Source: Laetmonice hystrix (lineage: Eukaryota). From it: 64,000 nt of DNA. The stretch is from contig OZ249436.1 in assembly GCA_965235115.1 (NCBI GenBank), positions 46,316,001 to 46,380,000 on the forward strand. Direction: 5' to 3'. The position numbers were made by a program, and so were the translations under genes. Under the pieces are notes generated by a model that had not been told where the DNA came from, did not search any database, and saw only the letters and a program-made list of their open reading frames with translations. Positions 35,694 through 49,499 of this stretch are shown in pieces. Numbering within the stretch: the first letter of the stretch is position 1; the number at the start of each line of letters is the position of its first letter.

Positions 35694-38009
35694 CTCCTAC
35701 TCCTCGCGGAGATACTGATCCCTTTTCCCGGACCTCGCGGAGATACTGATCCCTACTCCCGGCCCCCGGACCTCGCGGAGATACTGATCCCTACTCCCGG
35801 CCCCCGGACCTCGCGGAGATACTGATCCCTACTCCCGGCCCCCGGACCTCGCGGAGATACTGATCCCTACTCCCGGACCCCGCGGAGATACTGATCCCTT
35901 CTCCCGGACCTCGCGGAGATACTGATCCCTACTCCCGGAGCTCGCGGAGATACTGATCCCTACTCCCGGCCCCCGGACCTCGCGGAGATACTGATCCCTA
36001 CTCCCGGCCCCCGGACCTCGCGGAGATACTGATCCCTACTCCCGGCCCCCGGACCTCGCGGAGATACTGATCCCTACTCCCGGACCCCGCGGAGATACTG
36101 ATCCCTTCTCCCGGACCTCGCGGAGATACTGATCCCTACTCCCGGAGCTCGCGGAGATACTGATCCCTACTCCCTGTCCTCCCGGACCTCGCGGAGATAC
36201 TGATCCCTACTCCCGGCCCTGGTCCCCGGACCTCGCGGAGATACTGATCCTACTCCCGGCCCCCGCGGAGATACTGATCCCTACTCCCGGACCCCGCGGA
36301 GATACTGATCCCTTCTCCCGGACCTCGCGGAGATACTGATCCCTACTCCCTGTCCTCCCGGACCTCGCGGAGATACTGATCCCTACTCCCGGCCCCCGGA
36401 CCTCGCGGAGATACTGATCCCTACTCCCGGACCTCGCGGAGATACTGATCCCTTCTCCCGGACCTCGCGGAGATACTGATCCCTACTCCCGGCCCCCGGA
36501 CCTCGCGGAGATACTGATCCCTACTCCCGGCCCCCGGACCTCGCGGAGATACTGATCCCTACTCCTGGCCCCCGGACCTCGCGGAGATACTGATCCCTAC
36601 TCCCGGCCCTCGGACCTCGCGGAGATACTGATCCCTTCTCCCGGACCCCGGACCTCGCGGAGATACTGATCCCTACTCCCGGCCCCCGGACCTCGCGGAG
36701 ATACTGATCCCTACTCCCTGTCCCCCGGACCTCGCGGAGATACTGATCCCTACTCCCGGCCCCCGGACCTCGCGGAGATACTGATCCCTACTCCCGGCCC
36801 TGGTCCCCGGACCTCGCGGAGATACTGATCCCTACTCCCGGACCTCGCGGAGATACTGATCCCTACTCCCGGCCCCCGGACCTCGCGGAGATACTGATCC
36901 CTACTCCCGGCCCCCGGACCTCGCGGAGATACTGATCCCTACTCCCTGTCCCCCCGGACATCGCGGAGATACTGATCCCTACTCCCGGCCCCCGGACATC
37001 GCGGAGATACTGATCCCTACTCCCTGTCCCCCCGGACATCGCGGAGATACTGATCCCTACTCCCTGTCCCCCCGGACATCGCGGAGATACTGATCCCTAC
37101 TCCCGGCCCCCGGACCTCGCGGAGATACTGATCCCTACTCCCGGCCCCCGGACCTCGCGGAGATACTGATCCCTACTCCCGGCCCCCGGACCTCGCGGAG
37201 ATACTGATCCCTACTCCCGGCCCTGGTCCCCGGACCTCGCGGAGATACTGATCCCTACTCCCGGCCCCCGGACCTCGCGGAGATACTGATCCCTACTCCC
37301 GGCCCCCGGACCTCGCGGAGATACTGATCCCTACTTCCGGACCTCGCGGAGATACTGATCCCTACTCCCGGCCCCCGGACCTCGCGGAGATACTGATCCC
37401 TACTCCCGGCCCCCGGACCTCGCGGAGATAATGATCCCTACTCCCGGCCCCCGGACCTCGCGGAGATACTGATCCCTACTCCCGGCCCCCGGACCTCGCG
37501 GAGATACTGATCCCTACTCCCGGCCCCCGGACCTCGCGGAGATACTGATCCCTACTCCCGGCCCTGGTCCCCGGACCTCGCGGAGATACTGATCCCTACT
37601 CCCGGCCCCCGGACCTCGCGGAGATACTGATCCCTACTCCCGGCCCCCGGACCTCGCGGAAATACTGATCCCTACTCCCGGCCCCCGGACCTCGCGGAGA
37701 TACTGATCCCTACTCCCGGACCTCGCGGAGATACTGATCCCTACTCCCGGCCCCCGGACCTCGCGGAGATACTGATCCCTACTCCCGGCCCTGGTCCCCG
37801 GACCTCGCGGAGATACTGATCCCTACTCCCGGCCCCCGGACCTCGCGGAGATACTGATCCCTACTCCCGGCCCCCGGACCTCGCGGAAATACTGATCCCT
37901 ACTCCCGGCCCCCGGACCTCGCGGAGATACTGATCCCTACTCCCGGACCTCGCGGAGATACTGATCCCTACTCCCGGCCCCCGGACATCGCGGAGATAAT
38001 GATCCCTAC
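35694..38009. repeat. CpG-rich 31/38-bp (plus longer variants) minisatellite, about 63 copies
   Basis: Core CCGGACCTCGCGGAGATACTGATCCCTACTC with optional CCGGCCC linker. Confidence 0.98.
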
Positions 38010-38666
38010 GAAATGTTAAACGGGTTTTAACGCTGCTGAATGCACCCCCGGTCCAGCACTGCCAGGTAGTGCAGATCTGGACAGAGATGTAAAAAAAACC
38101 GCCTGTAATTGGGAGTAGCGTGTTTGAAGTATGATTAAAACACACCATCAAAGCGATGTTAGAGTTGTGCTAACACATCGACGGGAGCGACAGATAACTA
38201 AAGGTGAGATGGTCTCACTAAAGGATAAACACAGCCCAGTATATTGGTACAGTGTAGAAACTAGCAGAGCAACTGTTGTAGTTAATGAATATAGATTGTC
38301 TACCTCCTCTTCCTGTAACCTACAAGATATCATGCATGTACTCGGCGGTATCTAGTCAGTCTTGTTATCATATCATACGCTAGATACAGTCATTCAGATG
38401 TTTAGAACGTGGCTGGCTCCATGATTCTAATGAATGTTATCGCAATAATACATGACTCCATCAGTTAGAGTTACAGTGACTTTAGGAGGTCCTTATCGCA
38501 GTCCGCACGAATCAGGAGTCAGCCTCAAGACAGCAGGGGGAGTACACCAGAGTACAAAACCACCAGAGTTTTTTAACGGTGTTTCCCGACACCAGCCACG
38601 AACTGATGATATAGGTCCATTCATCACTAAAGGAACCCTCCATTTTTCTCACAAATGAGTACTAAC

Positions 38667-39290
38667 TTTTTTTAGAGTAAACAAAAACGCTGGGATGAGG
38701 TATGGACACCAATGATAGAGCCATGCCGAGAAGTTTATTTCTTGCTGAAGGAAAGAGTCGCAGTTATTGTAAGTAGCACGTAAACAGTCTCCGTGGACGC
38801 GGAGAGAGAGGATGGAGAGGTCTGTGCATGAGCTTGAGTTGCAGTCGTTGACAGTAAACACACACGTGTACTGAGAGCTGACTGAGAGCTGTCATCAGAA
38901 CGCACACACCCCAAAAAAGGACCTCCAAATAAAACGGGGTTCATGGTCAGCCATGGAAGTGGGGGCTTTAGCCGAGGTGTGGAATGCATGAGGTGACAGT
39001 AAGTGTGATCTGTTAACACTTGAGTGATTGATAGAGACCACAGTGGTTGCGGGGTATCTGTGGTACCCCCACTAGCACCAGCAGCAGCACCAGTGGAAAC
39101 AGTGCTGGTCGCAGCAAACCCAGTTTTCTACTCCCCGGCATCAGAGCAAACTGAGCGGCTGCCGACTCCACTGTACAGACGGCGGACGTCGACACTGCGT
39201 GGCCCGGAGTCTAGGCGTACTCAGCCCGGCCCTATACTAACACAGACCGTACAGACAGCGCCTCCTATTGGCTGTCCCCCTAACTACGTC
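38667..39290 (-). other. Candidate minus-strand promoter and first exon (long 5'UTR, short CDS MALSLVSIPHPSVFVYSKK at 38724-38667)
   Basis: CpG-rich stretch with CCAAT on minus near 39270; GGCATGG start context; A|GTTAGT donor at 38667/38666. No downstream exon identified. Confidence 0.22.
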
Positions 39291-39889
39291 TTCCTGATAC
39301 AATAATGCTGCAGCAAGCGCTCAACCACACTGCATGACTTGACTTCCCGCCAGCTGGAGTGAAAGTCACTCCCCGAACTCAGGCAACTACTCCCGTCTGC
39401 GTCTACAAAATACACTACAGCAATTACCGGAACCGAGTGTGATTATATTGATCTAAGTTCTCGAGGTACAAAGTCATTGGCAAGTGCTTAAAGGTGTGCT
39501 TCGGTGTCAAATAGTGCAGCGGCGGCGATGTTTGGAAGGTAGGTCATCCCAGTGTGTGTCATCCAGTGTGTATACGGACTACCTGAGCAGGAGTATATGC
39601 GAGCAAACAGAGACAATTCAGTCTCCAGCTCTCCTGATCCAAACGCTCTATTTGTGTAACCCAACTACAAAACCAGATCTCAGGGGGCCACAACGTCGTC
39701 AGACATACATTACATATTGACACGTGTCGTCCTCATGAAGAGGTTCCGAGCAGAACCATGGAACAGGCACACGTGAGGCCAGCCAAATATCTCAACATTC
39801 AATATTTAACTTTTAGCTTGTACCATTTTAAAGGTAAGAGGCATTCACTCGTAGATAATGCAATGCTTGGCCACTCGTGGTTGTTTTAT

Positions 39890-41940
39890 ATCAAACTGGT
39901 CGAGTGGAAGACAAGTTTAACAGGCCCTGGGATGGTGTCAGCCCCCATACTCCAGCTCCTGCACCATTAACAGGCCCTGAGATGGTGTCAGCCCCCATAC
40001 TCCAGCTCCTGCACCATTAACAGGCCCTGAGATGGTGTCAGTCCCCATACTCCACCTCCTGCACCATTAACAGGCCCTGGGATGGTGTCAGTCCCCATAC
40101 TCCACCTCCTGCACCATTAACAGGCCCTGGGATGGTGTCAGCCCCCATACTCCACCTCCTGCACCATTAACAGGCCCTGAGATGGTGTCAGCCCCCATAC
40201 TCCACCTCCTGCACCATTAACAGGCCCTGAGATGGTGTCAGCCCCCATACTCCACCTCCTGCACCATTAACAGGCCCTGGGATGGTGTCAGCCCCCATAC
40301 TCCACCTCCTGCACCATTAACAGGCCCTGAGATGGTGTCAGCCCCCATACTCCAGCTCCTGCACCATTAACAGGCCCTGAGATGGTGTCAGCCCCCATAC
40401 TCCACCTCCTGCACCATTAACAGGCCCTGAGATGATGTCAGCCCCCATACTCCACCTCCTGCACCATTAACAGGCCCTGAGATGATGTCAGCCCCCATAC
40501 TCCACCTCCTGCACCATTAACAGGCCCTGAGATGGTGTCAGCCCCCATACTCCACCTCCTGCACCATTAACAGGCCCTGAGATGGTGTCAGCCCCCATAC
40601 TCCACCTCCTGCACCATTAACAGGCCCTGAGATGGTGTCAGCCCCCATACTCCACCTCCTGCACCATTAACAGGCCCTGAGATGGTGTCAGCCCCCATAC
40701 TCCACCTCCTGCACCATTAACAGGCCCTGAGATGGTGTCAGCCCCCATACTCCACCTCCTGCACCATTAACAGGCCCTGAGATGGTGTCAGCCCCCATAC
40801 TCCACCTCCTGCACCATTAACAGGCCCTGAGATGGTGTCAGCCCCCATACTCCACCTCCTGCACCATTAACAGGCCCTGAGATGGTGTCAGTCCCCATAC
40901 TCCACCTCCTGCACCATTAACAGGCCCTGGGATGGTGTCAGCCCCCATACTCCACCTCCTGCACCATTAACAGGCCCTGGGATGGTGTCAGCCCCCATAC
41001 TCCACCTCCTGCACCATTAACAGGCCCTGAGATGGTGTCAGTCCCCATACTCCACCTCCTGCACCATTAACAGGCCCTGAGATGGTGTCAGTCCCCATAC
41101 TCCACCTCCTGCACCATTAACAGGCCCTGAGATGGTGTCAGCCCCCATACTCCACCTCCTGCACCATTAACAGGCCCTGAGATGATGTCAGCCCCCATAC
41201 TCCACCTCCTGCACCATTAACAGGCCCTGAGATGGTGTCAGTCCCCATACTCCACCTCCTGCACCATTAACAGGCCCTGAGATGGTGTCAGCCCCCATAC
41301 TCCACCTCCTGCACCATTAACAGGCTCTGAGATGGTGTCAGCCCCCATACTCCACCTCCTGCACCATTAACAGGCCCTGAGATGGTGTCAGTCCCCATAC
41401 TCCACCTCCTGCACCATTAACAGGCCCTGAGATGGTGTCAGTCCCCATACTCCACCTCCTGCACCATTAACAGGCCCTGAGATGGTGTCAGCCCCCATAC
41501 TCCACCTCCTGCACCATTAACAGGCCCTGAGATGGTGTCAGCCCCCATACTCCACCTCCTGCACCATTAACAGGCCCTGGGATGGTGTCAGCCCCCATAC
41601 TCCACCTCCTGCACCATTAACAGGCCCTGGGATGGTGTCAGCCCCCATACTCCACCTCCTGCACCATTAACAGGCCCTGGGATGGTGTCAGTCCCCATAC
41701 TCCACCTCCTGCACCATTAACAGGCCCTGAGATGGTGTCAGCCCCCATACTCCACCTCCTTACACTGAGACAGTAACGTGGACACTGGTCTGAAAGCAGT
41801 TATTTACAGAGAAGAGAACTTTCCGTAATGGCACCAAGTTTAGAGGAGGAACAAGAAAAAATTGAAAGTATGCCAGAAAATAAGTGTGATGGTATTAAAG
41901 TTTTGTAATTACTCGGAATACTGGGTAGACAGGTTTTAAC
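39890..41940 (+). mobile_element. Decayed LINE RT N-terminal relic containing the 50-bp array
   Basis: 'KLVEWK..TGP' then 'DGVSPHT' (KATGPDG.SP, 2-nt insertion) forms the unit; downstream 'ENFP.W' and 'LLGILGR' (LLSILGK). Confidence 0.45.
39917..41760. repeat. 50-bp minisatellite, about 37 near-identical copies
   Basis: Unit TTAACAGGCCCTG(A/G)GATGGTGTCAG(C/T)CCCCATACTCCACCTCCTGCACCA. Confidence 0.98.
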
Positions 41941-43404
41941 ACATCGCAAGGAATTGTTAAACAATGTGGGTACTTATATCTTCGTGAAACTTTCAGGTGG
42001 TTATATATGAGGAGAAACGTTTGGTGTCTGCAGTGACTGGGGACGACCCAATTAAACAAGAATCTCTCAGACATGTACCTATAACTGTAGTAGCCGGGGA
42101 AGCATCGAACGGCGCTGGTGAAATTGTCATATTTTCTCGCGCTGATGACTTTTGAGGAGCTTGGATATCGAAGTGTGTGTGCCTATTAAAACATAATCTC
42201 AGTTTCTACTTCATGTAGGACGTGCATTAAGAGGCCCATACCGGGGCGGGCCAAGCGCTGTTTCTAAACGGCTTTCTCAAATTGGCGTGCTATAAGGGGG
42301 CGTGGCTTTGTGGAAGAAAAACAGAAGCTAAGTCCCACTGGATCCGCCCAACATACAGGTTACTTCTTTCGATCTGATACAATCTTTCGTTTCGTCGTCA
42401 AATGAAGTGATGAAATGGTCCCGTTTTTTCTGGTCCCGCTGAAGGAGTTATGGGAAGATGTGAAGAAGTCCAACGGTCTCGCGGTCTCTGAAAAATTGCT
42501 CCGAGTTGTCGCTGTCAAAAACCTCAAAGCGAGTGGACAGTCCGACAGGCGGAGATGAATCACAAATGTAAAGTCCCGCGGGGGTTCTCGTTTTCAAGGT
42601 GGTCTAAGTTTTATGATAGCAAAGCGACATGTTGTACTTAGATGTGTGTGTCTGGACTTTTCACCTATTTTAAAACAGAATTTGCCAAGAGAGACGACAA
42701 GGTGACGACTGAGGGTAGTTGGATGCCCACAGTTTACGCGAGGAGGTCATTAAGATGTAAAACTTGTATAACTTCTTTGCTTGGTCAGTCTGTTTTAAAC
42801 CGGAACTGTTAGATGAGCTTTGACTAGAGGTTGGCTCGGTTACAAGTAAGTTCTGATTTTAGTTTTTGAGGAGAACAAATCTGAGGAGAATTGAGTTGGA
42901 TTTAATGGGCGAGATGATTTAAAAGCAACCTGTGAGAGGAAGAAAAAAAATGGTTGTACCAGTCTCTTGAGTGGAACTGCAGGTTGTGATGGGGGAAAAC
43001 GGGGCACAAGATAATGCAATGTCAGGAGTCTTTGTTGCGTGTTTCCGACCATCTCCAACTCTGGTCTCTCGAGTCTGATCTTTGGATCACGTGGCGTAAT
43101 TAATTCATCGTCATTGCTGGCAGCAGTCCAGAGCTAGTGAGTCAGGGTGGAGCCTAGTGAAGCGTGACGGGTTCCGAGACCTCTTCTACAGTGGTCATGC
43201 ATGAGAACGCCCCACCACCACCCCCACCCCCATACCGAATACACTCGTCATTTAACAAGGTCTACCACCCCCTGGTGTGAATCCGCCGGTACTTTAGGTG
43301 CTGGCTCTCCTTCATATAGCAGCGACTTTCACCTGTTGAGTCAGTTCCCTATTGATTAGTCACGCTCCGTGGTTAGCGGTGCCATACAAGGGACGGCGGT
43401 ATAC

Positions 43405-43515
43405 AGGTCAGTGAGCATGTAGGCCCGGTGTCGGTGAACGTACCTACAGACACGCCGACCTACCTGTCTGCTGGAAGCCAGTTACTCAGTACAGGCCAGT
43501 CAGGACGCAGCGCAG
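43405..43515 (+). other. Candidate non-coding first exon
   Basis: Consensus donor CAG|GTAAGT at 43515/43516; Inr-like TCAGT near 43408; CpG-rich surroundings; TGAGTCA motifs near 43138 and 43337. Start is a guess. Confidence 0.35.
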
Positions 43516-44938
43516 GTAAGTCTTCACACCTCGCGTTTCCTTGCCGATTAAGGCGCGTTTTGTAACTAAAAACGTCACGTTATTGTCGTGACGTACTTGG
43601 GTATTGTTTGTGAAAGCGTTGAGCGGTGGGGGAGTAGCGTTTTACGGACGTATCGGCTGTTATGGTTGTCGTGAACGTCGGGCGGTTTGTGACCGTGAAC
43701 CCTCCCCTAACGTGTCTGTAGTCTGTCCGTATTCAGGGGACACCTTGAGTGTATCAAACTCAATGGACCGTGGTGATTGTAGTCTCAGGACAACCACCGG
43801 GTTCTATTGACACCAAGCTCCCATTGTACAGTGAGGCGCCCCTATAGTTCAAAGGAACTTAATGGCGCTTAAGAATGTAAAGTCGCAACCTGTATATTTA
43901 TGGTAGCGTGCTTTAACTTGAAGGTGCGGGGCTCTCGGTGCATGGGCGCTGGCCTGTATGGCATGTACCACAATGTACCCTGTACATGATGTCGATCGAT
44001 CTAGGCTGGTGTTTGGGTGTGTATAGTGGACCACATTTCAGACTGGGATGTGCCAGCAGTTATTTGTCCGGCAAGTTTTAGTTGACATGGCTCAGAGGTC
44101 GGTTTGGTCCTAACCTACCAGCTGTTACACAGAGTATCGGCTTGGCCCCTGAACCGCCCACCTTGAATACACTGCGTGCCGTACACCATACTTTCCATGA
44201 GCCTGTAACTGCAAACACAGCCCTCTCACGTTTTCACAGACCTTGCCCTACAACAGGCTTTAAGTCTTAACGGGCGGAGCTTTCATACTTCTGTATCAGG
44301 TCTCAATTCAAAATGGCCAACCTACTTCAAAAAACTACTTGACAAAACCACGGAATGAACCAAGTGGGCCTGATTCACCTTATACACGTAGTTACAGCGT
44401 ACGCATAGAACCGGATCTTCGTGGATTCACGAAATGAAAGCCTACCTCAAACATAGACAATTTTACAGGTTTTTTCTTCTTCTTTCTCCCTTTATTCGCC
44501 CGTGTGTGTGTTAGGGAGAAAGGCGACAGTTTACCGTCGTCCTGGGCTGTCTCTGTGTGGATAATATTGAATTGAAATGACAAACATGAGCAATATATCC
44601 CAACAAATCCCCCTCGCTACTGCTGGAACAGGTAATCTCTATTTGTGCCTTGCCTACCCCAGTTTGTCACAAAGGCTAATGGAGTTTACGGATTTTGCTG
44701 TACAATTCTCCGCGCCTGATCTGTTTTGCATATATGATGGAGCCAACCAAACTGTTTGGCCCTGGCGGCTTCTGCAAGGAAGAGCTCTGGACTTAGGGAG
44801 GGGTTATAATGAAATACTGGTAATATTAATATAACACAATATCCCTAAATGTAACTTTTCTAACGATTATACGAACACAATAACGATTATAAGAGGAGGA
44901 AAACACAAGATTGATTGCACGATATATGAGGCACCACA

Positions 44939-45834
44939 TACACCACTGTGACACTTTACTCGCCTACACCACTGTGACACTTTACTCACCTACACCACTG
45001 TGACACTTTACTCACCTACACCCACTGTGACACTTTACTCACCTACACCCACTGTGACACTTTACTCACCTACACCACTGTGACACTTTACTCACCTACA
45101 CCACTCACCTACACCACTGTGACACTTTACTCACCTACACCACTGTGACACTTTACTCACCTACACCACTGTGACACTTTACTCACCTACACCACTGTGA
45201 CACTTTACTCACCTACACCACTGTGACACTTTACTCACATACACCACTGTGACACTTTACTCACCTACACCACTGTGACACTTTACTCACCTACACCCAC
45301 TGTGACACTTTACTCACCTACACCACTGTGACAATTTACTCACCTACACCACTGTGACACTTTACCCACCTACACCACTGTGACACTTTACTTACCTACA
45401 CCACTGTGACACTTTACTCACATACACCACTGTGACACTTTACTCACCTACACCACTGTGACACTTTACCCACCTACACCACTGTGACACTTTACTCACC
45501 TACACCACTGTGACACTTTACTCACATAGGCTACACCACTGTGACACTTTACTCACCTACACCACTGTGACACTTTACTCACCTACACCACTCACCTACA
45601 CCACTGTGACACTTTACTCACCTACACCACTGTGACACTTTACTCACCTACACCACTGTGACACTTTACTCACATACACCACTGTGACACTTTACCCACC
45701 TACACCACTGTGACACTTTACTCACCTACACCACTGTGACACTTTACCCACCTACACCACTGTGACACTTTACTAACCTACACCACTGTGACACTTTACT
45801 CACCTACACCACTGTGACACTTTACTCACCTACA
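44939..45834. repeat. 26-bp minisatellite, about 34 copies
   Basis: Unit ACACCACTGTGACACTTTACTCACCT. Confidence 0.97.
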
Positions 45835-46880
45835 AGTAGATTGGATAGATTAAAATTTTAATCTCACACTGGTGAGAGATTATATTACAATCTATACGAT
45901 GATCATGTGTTTAGTTGATGACCACTCAAGAGGTTGTCGCAATCCCATTGTGTTGAATTTATTGTCGGTAATGATGAACAATATTCCACTATCTCACAGC
46001 TCCGTCATGTAATTTATTCACAGTTAATTAATACAAAAGCCATTGATAACATTGTTCACATGGATTTTGGAGGTTGTAAAATATTCCAAGGACGATTTAT
46101 TTGTGAATTTACGAAACACATTTACAGAGAACTGTTAGGATGCTGCGAGCAAGCTGTTAGCGTATGCATTGCATATCATATTCTAATGTTTCCCATGAGG
46201 TTAATTATCGAAGGTGCGCCACAGTAGATAAGGCTGACTGTCTCAGGTTTTAGCATCTGTACTCTATCGTTCAGTCCTAGAAAGCTCTTTGTTTTTGTAG
46301 TGACGGATGGGACTGCTGTTAGATGGCAATGTTTTTGCAGTTGATTGCTAGCGTGTTATTGAGAGCGGGTACAGCCAGGTGACTTTATGGGGGAGGGGGG
46401 GACCCCCATGGTAATATATACTCGAAATATTGGCGTAAAAACGAAAAAAAAAATCTATCAGAATTCCTAACTCTAAATCTAATCCATACAACCCATAATA
46501 CCGGTCCCGCCATCTTCTCCCTCTCCACCTAATCCTATCCCTTCCCCTGCCCCTAATCTCTACCCTACTCCAATTTGATGGGAACGCTACCGTGGGTGAG
46601 TGACCTGAGGAGGGGAGGGGGCAGTGACTACAATAACACCCCTGGTTTGGGACCCGTCTATAACATGCGGCGTTATCAGCCTCGCATGTTATGTCAGCCA
46701 CTTGCCAGAGAAATACCGTTCCATTTTGGGCTCCATTTCCAATAATATAACCCATCTAGAGTGCACCACGTTTTTTGGTTCATTCGTATGATTCTGCTCC
46801 AGTTGTTTTGTATTTGAGAGGAAAGTGATAGGGTTCTAAGTGAGGTGAACTTGTCTGTCTGTCTGTGTGCTCCAGCCGGA

Positions 46881-46968
46881 ATGATGATAATTCGTGCGGT
46901 AAAGGGTTAATGATGATAATTCGTGCGGTAAAGGGTTAAAGATGATAATTCGTGCGGTAAAGGGTTAA
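46881..46968. repeat. 29-bp triplication ending in AAAGGGTTAA
   Basis: GATGATAATTCGTGCGGTAAAGGGTTAA x3. Confidence 0.92.
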
Positions 46969-47312
46969 AGCATGCATGATGCTGTGCAGCATGTAACAGG
47001 CCGCCATGGCTGCACTCGAGATCGGCCCCCACCATCCCGTCTACTTAATGTGCAACTAGCCTGGTCTGATTAACTCCCCTCATGCAAAACACACGTTCTC
47101 TTTTGTTTGGGAATCAGCAAGGCTATTTGTGATGAATGTAGATGTATAGGGGAACCTTTTCGACAACCCGAGAAGCGATCGGTGGCTCAGACAGAGCGGC
47201 AGTGGCCAATTTTACACGGATTATGTCAACCGTAATGTAACTGTCATTACCTGCGGAACTAGGTGGTTATCTGGCTAAGAGTTAACAGCCATATCTGAAT
47301 TAAACATGATAA

Positions 47313-48420
47313 TTAAGATGGATTGGATTGGGAACGGTCCTGTAGCACGAGTGGAGGCCGCTCGTGTTGACATACGATGGAGTGAGTCAGGAACGTCAGA
47401 GTAACATTAAGATATAGCCACTGCAAGAGTCTGTCCATCAATAGCAGACGACTTGATAATGTAGCATGTGATTCTACCCGCTGTCCATGCCGTGTTAATT
47501 CAGAAAAAGGTACAATTGTGGTGGATACTAAGAAACATGTAAACATCCTAAAGAACATGTAGGCCTAGGTACAGACTGAGCTCGGCTAGCATAGATAAGC
47601 TCAACTTGTAAACGATACATATAGGTACAGACTGTTATTGAGCTCGGCTAGCATAGATAAGCTCAACTTCTAAACGATACATATAGGTACAGACTGTTAT
47701 TGAGCTCGGCTAGCATAGATAAGCTCAACTTGTAAACGATACATGTAGGTACAGACTGTTATTGAGCTCGGCTAGCATAGATAAGCTCAACTTGTAAACG
47801 ATACATGTAGGTACAGACTGTTATTGAGCTCGGCTAGCATAGATAAGCTCAACTTCTAAACGATACATATAGGTACAGACTGTTATTGAGCTCGGCTAGC
47901 ATAGATAAGCTCAACTTGTAAACGATACATGTAGGTACAGACTGTTATTGAGCTCGGCTAGCATAGATAAGCTCAACTTCTAAACGATACATGTAGGTAC
48001 AGACTGTTATTGAGCTCGGCTAGCATAGATAAGCTCAACTTGTAAACGATACATGTAGGTACAGACTGTTATTGAGCTCGGCTAGCATAGATAAGCTCAA
48101 CTTGTAAACGATACATGTAGGTACAGACTGTTATTGAGCTCGGCTAGCATAGATAAGCTCAACTTGTAAACGATACATGTAGGTACGGACTGTTATTGAG
48201 CTCGGCTAGCATAGATAAGCTCAACTTGTAAACGATACATGTAGGTACAGACTGTTATTGAGCTCGGCTAGCATAGATGAGCTCAACTTGTAAACGATAC
48301 ATGTAGGTACAGACTGTTATTGAGCTCGGCTAGCATAGATAAGCTCAACTTGTAAACGTTTCCAGATTTTCTTCATTCTCCAGCCCTATCCTCTTCATAT
48401 ACCAGCCGGCCCTAAGTTAT
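47313..48420 (-). mobile_element. Decayed LINE RT N-terminal relic containing the 62-bp array
   Basis: 'LGPAGI' (GPDGI) before the array; unit reads 'LSMLAELNNSLYL' (PL..LFN.SL); then 'TTIVPF...LLLMDRLLQ...FL...QH'. Confidence 0.45.
47567..48358. repeat. 62-bp minisatellite, about 13 copies
   Basis: Unit AGGTACAGACTGTTATTGAGCTCGGCTAGCATAGATAAGCTCAACTT(G/C)TAAACGATACAT(G/A)T. Confidence 0.97.
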
Positions 48421-49499
48421 GGCCATTATTTGTTTCTGTATGTACAGTGCACTGTTTTATTAGTGGAGCAGAGTATCCCGTTTCAAGGTAACATATTCCT
48501 GATGTCAAACATTGGCGCACCAACGTTATGAAATAGCGACTCCTCGTTCATTTTGAAACTTTTGAAAGGATAATATAAATACAAATAGAGAAAATCTCAC
48601 TAGTATGTAGATTGGAAGCCACTTAGGACAGAAATCTTCAAAGAAAGGTTTCAGGATCGAGATCTTTAAGTAATATGGGTTAAACACTGACACGGTAACC
48701 TTTGAAATTTGAGTTTCCTTTCAAGTGAAATCGGAACTGGGGGTAATTATATTCTTTATGAGACCTTGGGGTCACAGTCTACGATAAGCCTCGGTCTGCT
48801 TCGATAAATCACTGCCTAACTTACAATTACCTTAAAGTAACGGGAGAAAAGTATAGTCCATGCCGCCCCAGGCTGGAGTCGGCGGTTCTGAGGCTATGAT
48901 AATGCTATGGTTCTATGCTCAACAAACGCCTTTGACCCCCCCCCCCCCCCCATTAGAAATATTATCACCGTTGTACATACATTCTTTAAGATTTTGTCGA
49001 GGGTACCGTGCCTCCGAACTGACTGACAGATGATCGGGAATGTACAAATAAATGCATATCCCGACATGCCTTAGCGATGCGATGGCTAGTAGAATGCGAT
49101 GACTCGGAATTCGCTGTGTTGAAAATTAGTTGTATTAGAAAGATAATTTCTAGAAAATCGAGGGGGTCAATATTCCTGTACTCGAGCGCCTTGCTTGCTT
49201 GCTATTGACTCCGCTGGAATATTATTTATGTTTCTTAGAGACAGTAGGATATTTTTATCCGTTGTGAAGGATCAAAAACACAACCAAAGGTCATTGGGCT
49301 CAACTGTTGTAAAAACCGGTAAAGTCAATGCCTCCCAGGTATACACATTGTCTTTTGTATCTGTAAATGGTTTTAGATAGAACTCAATGAGAATCCGATT
49401 ACATACATCTGTAGAAACAGATGTGTGAGGGAAACGTTGCTGTAACCTATGACGGTGGAGTGACACGTAAAGCGTGTCATCCCTCAGCGGTCTCAGCTC

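Noticed and set aside
35694..38009. CRISPR-like array (constant core plus variable linker); other arrays also considered
   Set aside because: Linkers are a few short related variants, not unique spacers; no cas genes; eukaryotic context.
46465..46572. CCCTAA-like hexamers as an interstitial telomere
   Set aside because: Too degenerate and short; more likely the interior of an unclassified repeat.
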